A stretch of 63,831 nucleotides of DNA, the filler included, from Octopus bimaculoides (lineage: Eukaryota), in the NCBI RefSeq assembly GCF_001194135.2. It is 7 parts of 7 records of this genome, joined end to end, with 100 filler letters (N's around TTAATTAATTAA, not from the genome) between each part and the next. Parts side by side here need not be neighbours in the genome. Positions count along the whole stretch, not along the records: positions 1 to 8,268 come from NC_068990.1; positions 8,369 to 34,025 come from NC_068995.1; 5 more parts are not named here. One strand, given 5' to 3'. Below, one piece after another: positions 1 to 12,120 of this stretch (positions are counted from its first letter, which is position 1; each line of letters starts with the position of its first letter). The notes beneath the pieces are model-generated. The model saw only the letters and a list, made by a program, of their open reading frames with translations. It was not told the origin of the DNA and did no database searches. The position numbers were made by a program, and so were the translations under genes.

Positions 1-439
1 GGATTTGCAGCATATTAGGTCAGGGTACTTGATTTCACAATAAAAAAACAAAATTCGATTTTTTTTTTTCGTTACTGAAAATTGTATGGGTGAAAAGATC
101 AATGAGTGTGGAGGGTGAAATTTCCGAGGCTCCAACCTCACCCCACCACATTTTTTGGACCCCAAAAAGGGTTTTGTAGCATATTAGGTCACAGGAAGCC
201 ATCCAATGCAAAAAAAAAAAATCTCTAATGATTCCAGGATGGGGGTGGAGTCCCCCTCGCTCCTACCCCACTTTTTGCCAAACCAAAATAAGGGATTTGC
301 AGCATATTAGGAGGTCAGGGTACTTGATTCCATGCAAAAAAAATCTGAGTTTTTTTCTTTTTTTCTTAGTGAAAATCACGTGAGTGTTAATCTAAAAATT
401 TACCCTTTGTTTTTCTTTCTTGCCATTGCTAGACAGGTG

Positions 440-1152
440 ACCTAATTCATATTAGCAAACTTACGGATTCCACCGACATGGAAATTGGTAAAAGTTATGG
501 TTGAAAATCGATTTTTACCATTAGCCACAGTTGCCTCGGGGAAAGTTGACAAAAACACAGCCATGATCGTGACCAATGTCCTAAAATTGGAGTGACTTGC
601 ATGCTAATTTGTGGACGTGCATAAATTACATTCACGTTCACACACATCCTGCCTTTTATAGATAAATAAGTGATTTAAAATAGATATATTTTAATTGTTG
701 CGTGAGATAGTATACATAATCTGATTATAAAATATAGTGTCTTTCAAAACCATCCTAAATTTGAAGACTATATCTCATGCATAAGAAAAAATTTTTTTAC
801 ATTTTTATTTTTGATGAACGCTGTCACTTAACTCTCTGTCCCTCACACTTTCTCTTTACATTTTTTTTTTTTGTTAGAAGCTGTCAAACTCTCTCTCTCT
901 CTCCCCCCTCACACACACTCACTTCGCTATGGCAAGAAAGGGACTTAACTCATGTTAGCAAACTTCAAAATTGGTAAAAGTTATGGTTGAAAATCGATTT
1001 TTACCGCTATCCACGAGTGCCTCAGGAAAAATAAGTTGACAAAACCCAGCTAGGGCCGTGACAAATGACCTAAAATTGGAGCGACATGCATAAATTACAT
1101 TCACGTACATACACACACACACACACACCCTACCTTTTATAAATATACAGAT
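440..1152 (-). mobile_element. Two diverged copies (about 440-665 and 940-1152) of a non-autonomous Helitron-like element end
   Basis: About 200 bp duplicated (ggaaattggtaaaagttatggttgaaaatcgatttttacc ... gcataaattacattcacgt(ac)n cct(g/a)ccttttata). The reverse complement starts ATC/TATAAAAGG(C/T)AGG-(TG)n, like the element start at 7921. Bases 1-120 and 290-400 also duplicate each other. Confidence 0.5.
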
Positions 1153-1557
1153 ATAAAAAACACTATTTCTCATATGGTACTGTCACTAATCGAAACTCTT
1201 GGTTTGGCTACACTGAGCTTCAGATCTTTTTTAATTATATACTACTAGTTACACAACTTCACAACTTTAAGCTTTTAGTGAAAAACAATTTCTTTTAGTT
1301 AAGAAGCCTTTTCTCAGTTGACTTTCACATTGTGTAGTGGTGTGGGTGCTAAAAAAAAAAGGCATTGATGAAATGGGTTGAGAAATCTGTAACTATATCT
1401 ATTGGTAAGTTCAGTGAGGAAATGTAAAGTACAGGGAGATGCTCAGCTACATGATATAAGAATTTATAAGAGTTCAGGACTGGTTAACTAGGAACATGCT
1501 GGGAATTTGGTTCTTAATGCTGAATTTGTCAAAGAGTTTCAAAAACTGTAATTCTGG

Positions 1558-2360
1558 AATCATCATCATTGTTTTAATGTCCACTTTTGTATGCTTGTAA
1601 GCATCAGATGGAATTCACTGAGGTAATTCTCTACAACTATACAATGTCAAAATAAGAAGACACTTAACACATACGGGCACAGGTATGGTTAAGAAGTTTG
1701 CTTCCTAACCATAGGGTTTTAAGACCAGTTCTACTGTGTGGTACTTTGGGCAAATGTCTTCTACTACAGCCCTGGGCCAATTTGTGAGTGGATTTAGGAA
1801 AGGGAAACTGAAAGAAACCTGTTGTGCATGAGTGTGTATATGTTTGTATTTCCTACTCTATACATTGCATAATATTTGCAAATGAATATCACTCGTTCAT
1901 GTGCAATATTCTACAAAAACAGGTATGGTCATGGAAAAATATCTTACTTAGTAATAGAAGAGGGTTGGTGACAGGAAAAGAATCTGATAGTAGATACATT
2001 AGTGATGACATAGTGGGCTTCTTTCAGTTTCTGTCTACAAAATTTACTCACAAGGCTTTGGTCAGCCCAGAAGACACTTTCCTGAAGTGCCATACATTGA
2101 GACTAAATCTGAAACCACATGGCTACAATGATTGATATGGAGTTATATAACCCCATGTCTGCTTTTGCATGGTTTCTACAACAGGATGGCCTTCCTAACA
2201 CCAATCACTTCACAGAGTGTACTGGGTACATTTTGTGTGACACTAGTACAAGTGAGGTCACTAAGTAACTCACAAAACTAGACCCTTCAACTGAAGGAGT
2301 GTAGTACTTTATGTTAGGTGATGAGAGGATTAAGCATGATAGAGGGATAGAAACAAGTAT
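1558..2360 (-). mobile_element. Old RTE-LINE 3' tail fragment split by SINE insertions
   Basis: 1558-1625 (catcatcattgttttaatgtccac...) and 2140-2360 (tttctacaacaggatggccttcctaacaccaatcac) match the better preserved tail at 58431-58662. SINE-A fragments lie between them at about 1675-1835 and 2015-2135. Confidence 0.6.
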
Positions 2361-2745
2361 CTTGTAAGAGGAAACACCCATGTGGTTTTGGGTTTAGTCC
2401 CACTGCATGGCACCTTAGCAAAGTGTTTTCTACTAAAGCACTGAACCAACCAAAGCCTTGTGAATAGATTTGGTAGACAGAAAATGATCAAAAACACTCC
2501 AGCCATGACTATTTGATTTTTTAGGGAAATTTGGCTGTTAAGTGTAGCAGTTCAAGCATCTACATTAAGGCTCCCTTGTTTCTAAGTGTTTATTTTGCAG
2601 ATAAGGCTAAAGAAAATGAAAAGAGAAAGAAGCCATAGGGTTGAAAGAAAATTCTAATTTAAGATAAGTGAAATATAAATTAACAGTTTATTAGCAAAAA
2701 TAGCAATATAAGCAGTTAATGAAACAATAATTTTTATTTACTTAC

Positions 2746-2856
2746 TTGGTCATTTTCACCTTCTAGCAGCATGATGACGGCTTTCTCGGGATCAAATTCG
2801 GCATCGTGTAAAGCCACAGCAGCCTCATCATAGGTTTTGCCAGAGGCTTCCATTAC
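2746..2856 (-). CDS. UBAP2L: Coding exon of a UBAP2/UBAP2L/lingerer-like gene (UBA-like domain)
   Basis: Acceptor CTTGTATGTTCCATTCAG, donor CAA|GTAAGT, 111 nt, phase 0/0, in frame with the 3440-3532 exon. Translates to VMEASGKTYDEAAVALHDAEFDPEKAVIMLLEGENDQ (compare ITGKNQDECVIALHDCNGDVNRAINVLLEG). Confidence 0.92.
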
Positions 2857-2982
2857 CTGAATGGAACATACAAGAGGGAGAAAAACTAATGCTGACTGTT
2901 TTTACAAATGTTAAAAAACATAATCTATTGGACACGCTCAAAAGAGGAATGGACTAGTAGACACCAGAGAGTCTCAACCATA

Positions 2983-3027
<45 letters not shown>

Positions 3028-3439
3028 GAGGGAGAGAAAAAAAACTTCAGTATAAATTTAGAACAAAATTCTCAATACAATTATATTTTATATCAAAACA
3101 CAGGGAAGGAAAAAGAGATTGCAAGAAAGAGGGACACTGTAGAAGAATAGAGGTGAAATGAACAATGTCAGTGTAAGAGAGGACAAAAAGAATGGGAGTG
3201 AGACAAGACAAAGAGGAGAAAACCATGACAGATTTAGATGAAATATGCTAATACATATATAAAAGTACTCCACAATGGGTCATATTTAAATCATTTGAAT
3301 ACCACATCTGAAACAGAACAGTCACAAGTGATGTTAGAATCACATAAATGGTAGATCAGAAACAGAGTATGTCTTGGATATACAAAGAAAGTTAAGTTTC
3401 TTTTATCTAATTTTTATTTATGTTAAATATGTAGTTTAC

Positions 3440-3532
3440 CTGTTCAATTTTTTCAATCTTACGATTAGCACGATCTTCATTTTCTGTTCTGTCTTCAATC
3501 ATTTGAGCAATACGGATTTGCTCCTGGGTTGG
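3440..3532 (-). CDS. UBAP2L: Coding exon of a UBAP2/UBAP2L/lingerer-like gene (segment preceding the UBA-like domain)
   Basis: Acceptor TTCAATTTTCTAG, donor CAG|GTAAAC, 93 nt, phase 0/0. Translates to PTQEQIRIAQMIEDRTENEDRANRKIEKIEQ, which resembles the ATAEQIRLAQMI...EEKVKQ segment of UBAP2L as I recall it. The symbol names the family; orthology to one paralogue is not claimed. Confidence 0.9.
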
Positions 3533-3715
3533 CTAGAAAATTGAACAGAAATTAACAAAAATATATTTGAACATACAACATGAAGCATGATTAAATTGTA
3601 GCATAGATTGCATCAACCACTACAATATCATATGTCTCTGCTGTAACAAAAATACTCTCGTCATTGATTGAGGATAAGTAGAGTATTTACATCTCATTTT
3701 CCCAAATATGGTTGG

Positions 3716-3718
<3 letters not shown>

Positions 3719-3805
<87 letters not shown>
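3719..3805. repeat. (CT)n(CA)n microsatellite, representative of dozens of tracts, e.g. (AG)n 2988-3020, (TATC)n 9832-9885, (GAAA)n 10855-10925, (CAT)/(CAC)n 11045-11155, (GACA)n 37240-37370, (AAT)n 38020-38090, (TAGA)n 50565-50620
   Basis: Directly visible. Confidence 0.97.
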
Positions 3806-3810
<5 letters not shown>

Positions 3811-4669
3811 AGAGTTTGCTTTACAAATACATGGTTTCAGATTTGGTGTGTGTGGCACTTTGGTTAAATGTCTTCTGCCATGGTCTTGTGAGTGGAATTT
3901 AGTAAATCGAAACTCTGTGCAAATCTATTAGAGGGACTGTTTGTTGTTGGGGGGTAAATTACCTCAGGTTTAACATCATAACCCGATTCCTTGGGGTTTT
4001 ATATCGTCTACTCTGCAGCAAGTACAAGTTGGGTCTCTGGTTTGAGGATAACCTCCTGCCACTAATCTTAGAAATCATGAAACTGATCCCTCTCTACCCA
4101 ACCTCTAAACCATAAAAAATTACGTGCATAATCCCAGCACATATCCATATGGAAAATGGGATGTCAAATGATGATGACTGTGACACACACACACACACCT
4201 GGCAAACTAGCTCTCACACAATAGTGTTAGTCATTACTCTAAGTCATGTTGATAGAGAAAAATAAATAGTTTGATGGATAAGTAAGCACTTAAAAAACAC
4301 ACCAAATCTTATTCTTGCAGATTTAAAAATTTGTAATAAAACATGAAAACAATTTTTCCAAAATCAATCTGTTTTTGTATGGGCAATGCTTAAGTCTGGT
4401 CAGGAACCCCAACAGGCTGATGAAATCTGTTACTGGTATCATGTAAACGAGTACTTGTTCTATGGTTGAGTGGTCAGTGACTAAACTTTCCTCCTCCCCA
4501 CCTGAGTAGCTAACTACTCATGTAAGGAGGGTGTCTGGACACTCAGTAGGATTAAACACAAGACATGTGAAAGGGTGGATGAGCTCTTTGTGGGCCAACA
4601 GCTATCCAGTTTGGAAAGGCAATGACAAACCACCCCAATATCTCTGCCCAAGAGAGACAATGAAAATAT

Positions 4670-6115
4670 TGAATGTCTTTTCATGTGCCACCGGGACAAG
4701 TGCCAGTAAGGCAATGCTGGTAATGATCATGCTCAAATGGTGCTATTTACATGCCACCGGCAAGGAAGCCAGTCAGCTGCTCTGGCAACAATCACGCTCG
4801 GATGGTGCTCTTAGCGCTCCACTAACACAGATGCCAGTCATCGAATTTGATCTCTATTTCACTTGCCTCAACAGGTCTTCGCAAGCAGAGTTTAGTGTCC
4901 AATAAGGGAAAGGTACACATAAGTGGGCTGGTTACACCCCTGGCATAAGCAACTGGTTATGGTTTCACTTGGCTTGCCGGGTCTTCTCACGCACTGCATA
5001 TTTCCAAAGGTCTCTGTCACTAGTCATTGCCTCGGTGAGGCCTAATGTTCAAGGTCGTGCTTCACCACCTCATCCCAGGTTTACCTCTTCCACACAGCTA
5101 TCCTCATCCATTCTTGCCACATGACCATACCAGCGCAGTCGTCTCTCTTCCACACCACATCTGATGCTTCTTAGGTTCAACTTTTCTCTCAAGGTACTTA
5201 CACTTTGTCGAGTATGCACACTGACATTACACATCCATCGAAGCATACTGGCATCATTCCTTGCGAGCTTACGTATGTCCTCAGCAGTCATGGCCCATGT
5301 TTCACTGCTTTGTAGCATGGCTGTTTGTACATATGCGTCATACAGTCTACCTTTAACTCTGAACGAGGGGCCCTTTATCACCAGCAGAGGCAAGAGCTCT
5401 CTGAACTTTGCCCAGGTTATTCTTATTCTAGCAGCTACACTTTCAGTGCACCCTCCCCCGCTACTGACTTGGTCACCTAGGTAATGGAAGTTATCAACTA
5501 CTACTAGTTTTTCTCCCTGGAATGTGGTGGAAGTTGTTCTCTGCACATTTTCAGTGTTTATTGCTCTTGAACATCTGCCAGATACAAAAACTATCTTCCC
5601 AGTTAGCATTCCTTTGATATTGCAGCACCTCTTATGTGTCCATAGCTTACACTGAGTACATCTTAAAGAGTTTCTACCTACACCTTTTCTACAGATCAAG
5701 CAGGGCCATCTACCTGAAGGGATTTTTGGTTTGTCTGCCTTCCTACTTATTAGCACTTTGGTTTTAGCTAGGTTGACTCTAAGGCCCTTCGATTCTAATC
5801 CTTGCTTCCATACCTGAAACTTCTCCTCTAGTTTTGATAGTGACTCAGCAATTAGAGTAAGGTCATCAGTATAGAGGAGCTCCCAGGGGCATCCTGTGTT
5901 ATTGCCTGGAGGATTATGATAAATAGGAGGGGGCTGAGGACTGAACCTTGGTGGACCCCTATCTCTACCCGGAATTGTACTTGTTGCTAACCCTCAACTT
6001 ACTGACAGCGTCCCTGTACATGGCTTGCACAGCTCTCACTAACCTTTCATCTATCCCTAGTTTCCTCATTGACCACCAGATAAGGGATCAGGGGACCCTG
6101 TCAACGAAAACCAGG
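4670..6115 (-). mobile_element. 5'-truncated RTE-type non-LTR retrotransposon (RT pseudogene plus 3' UTR)
   Basis: Across frameshifts and stops it reads FDRVP*SLIWWSMRKLGIDE, GVHQGSVLSPLLFII, GCPWELLYTDDL (YADD-like), GLRVNLAKTKVL, FHYLGD, RLRWYGHVARM and DRDLWKYAVREKTRQAK*. A repeated 3' UTR unit (GGTGGCA.GTAAA..GCACCATTT) follows. Confidence 0.93.
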
Positions 6116-7920
6116 TACAGAGGTTTATCTTCAGCTACTTATTTCTCTTAATATCCAAGTCAACTCAATGTTAATATCCAAGTTAACTCAATGTCTATAT
6201 ATGCCTACTGTCTATAGAATTTGATTTAAGCTTCTAGATAATACTGGAAAGTTAAATTTGTGGTAGTGATTACCAACTTTAAAATTTTAATCCAGTTATT
6301 GCCTCCCAAAGATTGAATTCCTATTGTAGTCTGCTTCATTGAAAATGGATGTTAAGTCAGTTATGTGGTTAGTAGAAAGAAAAGCTTCCAGCTTTGAAGG
6401 GAAACATTACTTCAAATATATATTTTAAAAAATCATCTTTGTAGATGGATTTAGATGAAATCCTAAGCTATACAAAATCTGATGGCCCTAAGCATTAACT
6501 TGTTTAGTTCATGCACCTTTTGTACCCATTTTTAGTACTAGTTACACAGTATTAAATTCAAACCTAATCTTGAATACAAAGCAAAACCATTTTTTCAATG
6601 ATGTTTATCAGGATTTTGTGCATCAACATCAGTTGCACGATTTCAATTCAACCAGTAAAAGATAACAATCCGTCTTTATGCTTTCAACCTTAAAACCTAC
6701 AGCTAGTTTTACTGAATACTTTATTTGTAAGGCCAACCTGAACACACAAAAGCGTTATGGTTTGAAGTTTTCACTTAGTTATTAAATCTTTTGTGAACAA
6801 GTTGATTATAGTTGTGTGTGGATCACTAAACATAATGAAGCATTTGTGAAATTAAAACAAGATCACATGCAGAACCATAATCATTTAAACCTCTTCCAGG
6901 CAGTAAAAGGTTAAGAAGGAACAAAAACTTGTGAATGGCCAAATCAAAGTAACACAAATATACAATGACTACAATACAAAAACAAACCAGCACTATTATT
7001 AGTATTAACTCTACAAATAACATTGTCAGGCAATTTATTTCTTTCAAACAATTCTTAATTTTGGTTCTCATCTTTTCAGAGTTAATTCAGGTCTGGTTAT
7101 AAATATCAGCTCAGGTCTAAACTAAAATGTTCATAGATATGTATCAAATTCTTCTCAAAATCTCAAGAATGATACACAGATTCCAGTTGGTCAACATTAC
7201 CATAAAATATATCAAGATGCAAAGACATGCGACAAAATTTCTAAAATCTTGATTACCGATAATTGAAACACAGTTTACTCATAAGAATTGAACCCAAAAG
7301 GGTTAATCAAGATTCATATAGGCCTTATGCTTACACAAATTCTTTGTTATGAAGCTACTGCAATTACTTTCAGTATGTCAAAAATTACACATGTGCTAAA
7401 TGTGCAAAACAGTACACACTATAACAGTGGTTATCAAAAGGATCTAGCTTTAGAAACTCCATACTAAAAGTTGAGTCTATTGAAGATGTGTTATAATTAA
7501 ATTATGTGATTCATGAAGCCAATTATGAACTACTTTTCTACAGTTTTTTTTAATTTAAGAGTTTTTTTTTTTAAACTTTCTTTGCGGCATGTACCAGTAA
7601 TGTTTTTATTTGATCTTTAATGTACCAGGAGACCCAACAGTCTGATAACCACTGGTCTTATACTATGTCGGTTGTAGCTGTCAAGTTATGTTACATATAG
7701 CCAGGTCTTGGTTGCAACATAAGTGCATAATGTTAACTATCAGTACTGAACAAATGCAATCCAACAAAGTGCTTGTAGACTACTATGTTGCAATTTTAGT
7801 ATAAACAGTGTTTATCACACACACATAAGAGAAAAAGAGCAGTATAAAAGCAGGGATGTGCTGAAAGAAAATGAAGAGGAAAAAATTGCATGTAGAAATG
7901 TTCATAATGCTTTGAGTGTC

Positions 7921-8268
7921 ATCTATATATATATAAAAATGAGAACGTGTGTCTGTCTGTCTGTCTGTGTGTGTGTGTGTTTCCCTAAAACTCGAGAACT
8001 ACGCAACCAATTTCATTCAAATTTTACACATGTCTTACTTAGGGTTCCGGTTGTGTTTTAGTCAAAAATTTTTTTTAACTTCTTGCATAGTTCGAGCCCA
8101 CAGCAACATCATATCTCCTCCACTATTTAAGTATTACGTGTCAAAAGTGAAACAAAAACACTCATGCCAAACACTTTCACTTTAAAAATGAAACTATTCC
8201 ACTAACTGAAACAATCACATTTCGATACTGTAATGGCAGATACTTTCACTTTAATGGTGTGTGTGTGT
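7921..8268 (+). mobile_element. Non-autonomous Helitron-like element, 5' part (runs into a gap)
   Basis: Starts A|TCTATATATATATAAAAATGAG, then (GTCT)n(GT)n and accaatttcattcaaattttacac. This architecture is typical of invertebrate non-autonomous Helitrons; the 3' end is not visible. Confidence 0.55.
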
Positions 8269-9317
8269 NNNNNNNNNNNNNNNNNNNNNNNNNNNNNNNN
8301 NNNNNNNNNNNNTTAATTAATTAANNNNNNNNNNNNNNNNNNNNNNNNNNNNNNNNNNNNNNNNNNNNAGAGGTAAGCAAGTTAGATGGATCATTATATA
8401 TAATGTATATTGAATACATGAAATACAAAAAAAAAATATGTATATATATTAATACATATCAAAAGGTCCGATTTACACACTCCTTGAGCACTACTAAGTG
8501 TGTTCTGTACGGAGAATATCTGGATTTCATCTATGGAACATATACATACATATGTGTGTATGCATGTATATATAGCTTTTTGTTTGTTTGTTTGTTTTTT
8601 TGTTGGGTTTTTTTGTTGGGTTTTTTTTTGACAGATTGAAACGTAATATATACCTTTCAATAGACATCGAATGTTAGCCTTGGGAAATATAAACAAAATG
8701 ACTACATTACAGCTTTCATGTGTACTTACTGTATATACATGCTTAGAATGAGACAAAGTGAACAATTTAATTTGTACTTCTGGACATGCGCTGACAACGC
8801 GGATAAATTCATTTCTAAGCAACCGAAATCGCAGCATAGCTAAATTAATTGTCAATTTAGATGAGTTCTATTTCGTTTACACTTAATATAGCTATAAATG
8901 TGTAATCACTCTTCGGAAAAGTTGGTATTCTTCAAATAAAGAACATCCATTTTTCCACGGAGAGAAAAAACAGAAAATAGTCGAAATATCCCGTATTTTT
9001 CTGCCTACGGAAAGATAAAAACTTGGTTCTACACTTTAATTCTCAATCTGAGGATAACATTCTATGGTGTTTAAAATGCATACAGTGTATCGCATTTCAT
9101 ATAAATAAATTATAAAGTTGGTGTGATACAAAACATATTACTGCTCAATGCCAATATTATGCTGACAATGAATAAGACCATACAATGCTGATTTATGTGA
9201 GGATAAACAAGGATAAGTAACGTGTTTGATCGACCGACGGAATGAAAACGCCGTTTGTTGTGTAATTCGTATTTATCATATATAAATTGACATACATATG
9301 TATATGTATGATATAAT

Positions 9318-9535
9318 AAGTCGGCAGAGTGGTTATTACACTGGAAAAATAGCTTAGCGGTATTTCCTCTAACTTGACGTTCTGATTTCAAATGTTGCCG
9401 GCATCGACTTCACCTTTCATCCATCCGGGATCGGTAAAATAATTTACCAGTTGAGCAATAAGGTTGATGTAATCGACTTCCATCCTCCCCCACAATTGCT
9501 GACCTAGTGCCAAAATCTGAAATCAATATTTGTAC
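9318..9535 (+). mobile_element. tRNA-derived SINE family B (CORE-like); further copies at about 12232-12445(+), 12795-12965(-), 15683-15870(+), 31925-32105(-), 36670-36860(-), 36880-37082(-) and 52635-52860(+)
   Basis: Recurrent motif ggcaga..gttag...aatgcttagcgg..tttc....tttacgttctgagttcaaat...gtcgactttgcctttcatcc.ttcggggtcgataaaataagtaccagttgag.actggggtcgatgtaatcgact. The central part resembles the CORE-SINE domain. Confidence 0.8.
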
Positions 9536-9831
9536 GTTTATGTAATAGTAAAGGTTTATGTTAATAAATGAGGAACGTTTTTGTTCAAACGTAAACTTCC
9601 GCATCTAATATAAAATTTCTTTGTATAGCACGGCTTCCAAGTGGGGAGGAGATGAAAATAGATGCTGCCACGAAATTCGAACGACCTCTCAATCGTTTAT
9701 CGGGCAATAGGGCTACTAGTTGACTCGAGTAGGTTCTAATGACTTTAGAATTTGAGGACACACATGTAAACAGAATACGTAGCTTGCTATCTACCTACCT
9801 TTTTATGTATGCATGTATGTATGTATGTATG

Positions 9832-9884
<53 letters not shown>

Positions 9885-10262
9885 GTGTCTATATCTATTT
9901 ATTTATGTGTCTGTTTAACTATCTACAATATATGAACATGTATGTGTATGATTATATTTATATAACGGTGTATGCATGTCTGTTTGTGGAGTGTGCTTAA
10001 ATATATAACAATATCTGCATTTTGAAATCCACAAGCGTATTTTTCAGCTAAGGACTCAACTGCTGCCAATCTAAAATAGATAGTGGAAAGCTTTACCAAT
10101 CTGACATACCCATTATACAGTATGTGAACACGGGAGCGTTAATGGTCACCTCTAGACTAAATTAGCTTCAGAACTTACAATTGCTTACCAATCTATCTAT
10201 ACATACTTCAATACAAACATGCACACATACATACAAGTATATACCTATATATATGTATGTAT

Positions 10263-10303
<41 letters not shown>

Positions 10304-10714
10304 GATAGATATCTAATACCCACGCATACATAAATGCATGCCAGCATACATACATATTTATAATGTAATTTTTTGTGAAAAGGGGAAAATGTTTGAAGTG
10401 TATACTTCTGTGTACATCTGTACATATTTACAGTAAGTATATACACCTCAGCACCAATGTCTATATAATACTGTATTATATGTCCATATATTTTAAAGAC
10501 AGCCCTGTATGATTGATACGATGTAAATACATGTATCTCATCTTTCAAAATTAATCATTTTCCTGTAATTGAACGAGAAATTCAATACAAGTGGAGATAT
10601 GGCTGGTGCATGCATATAATATATATATATATATAAACAGATTTATAGATAATGGTATATAAATATATATATATATATGTTTATGCACACACACATGCAC
10701 ACATATATATACAC

Positions 10715-10772
<58 letters not shown>

Positions 10773-10875
10773 GCCCACATATGCTCACATCTAAATGCAA
10801 AGACAAAGAGAAAGAGATAGATACAGAAAAAGAAACATAGAAAGAAAGGAAACCAAGAATGAAAGGAAAGAATGA

Positions 10876-10906
<31 letters not shown>

Positions 10907-11477
10907 GAAGAAAGAAAGAAAGGAAGAAAAGTAAAGTGCGATCAGCATGTGTAAGTGTGATTTGAATGGGTGTGGTGCGTGTGTGTAAAATATTATAAGC
11001 TTGCTTTTTTACCAATATTGTTGCGTAAGTGCCTATTTCATTTCATGTCATCATCATCATCATCATCACCAACATCATCATCATCATCATCATCATATCA
11101 TCACCACCACTACTACCACCACCACCACCGTCATCATCATCATCATCATCATCATGATCGTCTTCACCGTCAGCAGCTGTAACAGTAGCGACACGTCCCT
11201 GCTGCTTACGGATTATTTCCGAGCTGAAAGAGAAATTGGATGATGTGACAATCATTCATGTCTAAAAAGAGTGGTAATGATCCAAGTGATATCCCTCTAG
11301 CTTTGACGCCTTATCCAGTGTGACACTGAGGTGAACCTACACTCATTCGAATGTTTCTCTTTATACAGTCAGTCAAACGGTGGAATTTGATGTGGTCGCT
11401 CACCTTACTTGAAATCTTTGACAAATTTCCATCAGATCCCAGACTTTCGTTTTCAATATGGAAACGGCAAATCGGAT

Positions 11478-11620
11478 GTGGCTCCGTACTAAGAAGTTTG
11501 CGTTCCAACTATATGGTTCTGGATTCGGCATGGCACCTTGGATCAAATGCTTCTGCTATAGAGTCGAGCCAACCAAAGCCTTGTGAGTGGATTTGATAGA
11601 CCCTAACTGAAAGAAGCCTG

Positions 11621-11657
<37 letters not shown>

Positions 11658-12120
11658 CGTGTGTGTGTGTGTGCGCGCGTGTATGTGTGCGTGTGTGTAT
11701 ATATACGAGTGAGTGGACAAACGAAAGAAGAGCATTCAACAGTTTTACTGAGGGTTGCATGCCTGGATCAAAAGAGTTTGATTCAAGTTCCATGTTACTT
11801 AAACTTTCAAAGTTCGCGAGGCCCGACGATAAGCTTCACGAGTTTTGAAGCTTTAAGTTGCACGGAATTTGAATCAAACGGTTTGATCCATACACACACA
11901 TACACACACACACATATATACATCCAGGTGTATGTTTTCGTGTTTGCGTTTGTTCGCCACTACCGAATGACAACCGATGCTGGTGTATTTACGTCCGACT
12001 GAATAAGCACCAAGTCTTGAAAAAATTAAGTACTGGGGCGGATTAATTCCCTCTAATATTCTTCAAGGCGATACCCCAGCATGGCCGCAGTCTAATGACT
12101 GAAAAAAAGTAAAAGATAAA
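11478..12120 (+). mobile_element. SINE family A copy with expanded (TG)n core and an internal insertion
   Basis: Head half at 11478-11620 (ggcaccttgg...ccaaagccttgtgagtggatttg...actgaaagaagcc) and tail half at about 11940-12120 (caaccgatgctggtg...ccccagcatggccgcagtctaatgactgaa...agtaaaaga). Confidence 0.8.

Noticed and set aside
8313-8324. TTAATTAATTAA palindrome recurring six times
   Set aside because: Always centred in a 100-bp N gap, so it is an assembly linker rather than biology.
10970-11255. Poly-His, poly-Ser and poly-Asp ORFs
   Set aside because: Translations of (CAT)n/(CAC)n tracts in several frames.
11240-11400. Faint CR1-like RT similarity (GVKARGISLGSLPLFLDMND) on the minus strand
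   Set aside because: Too degenerate to support by eye.
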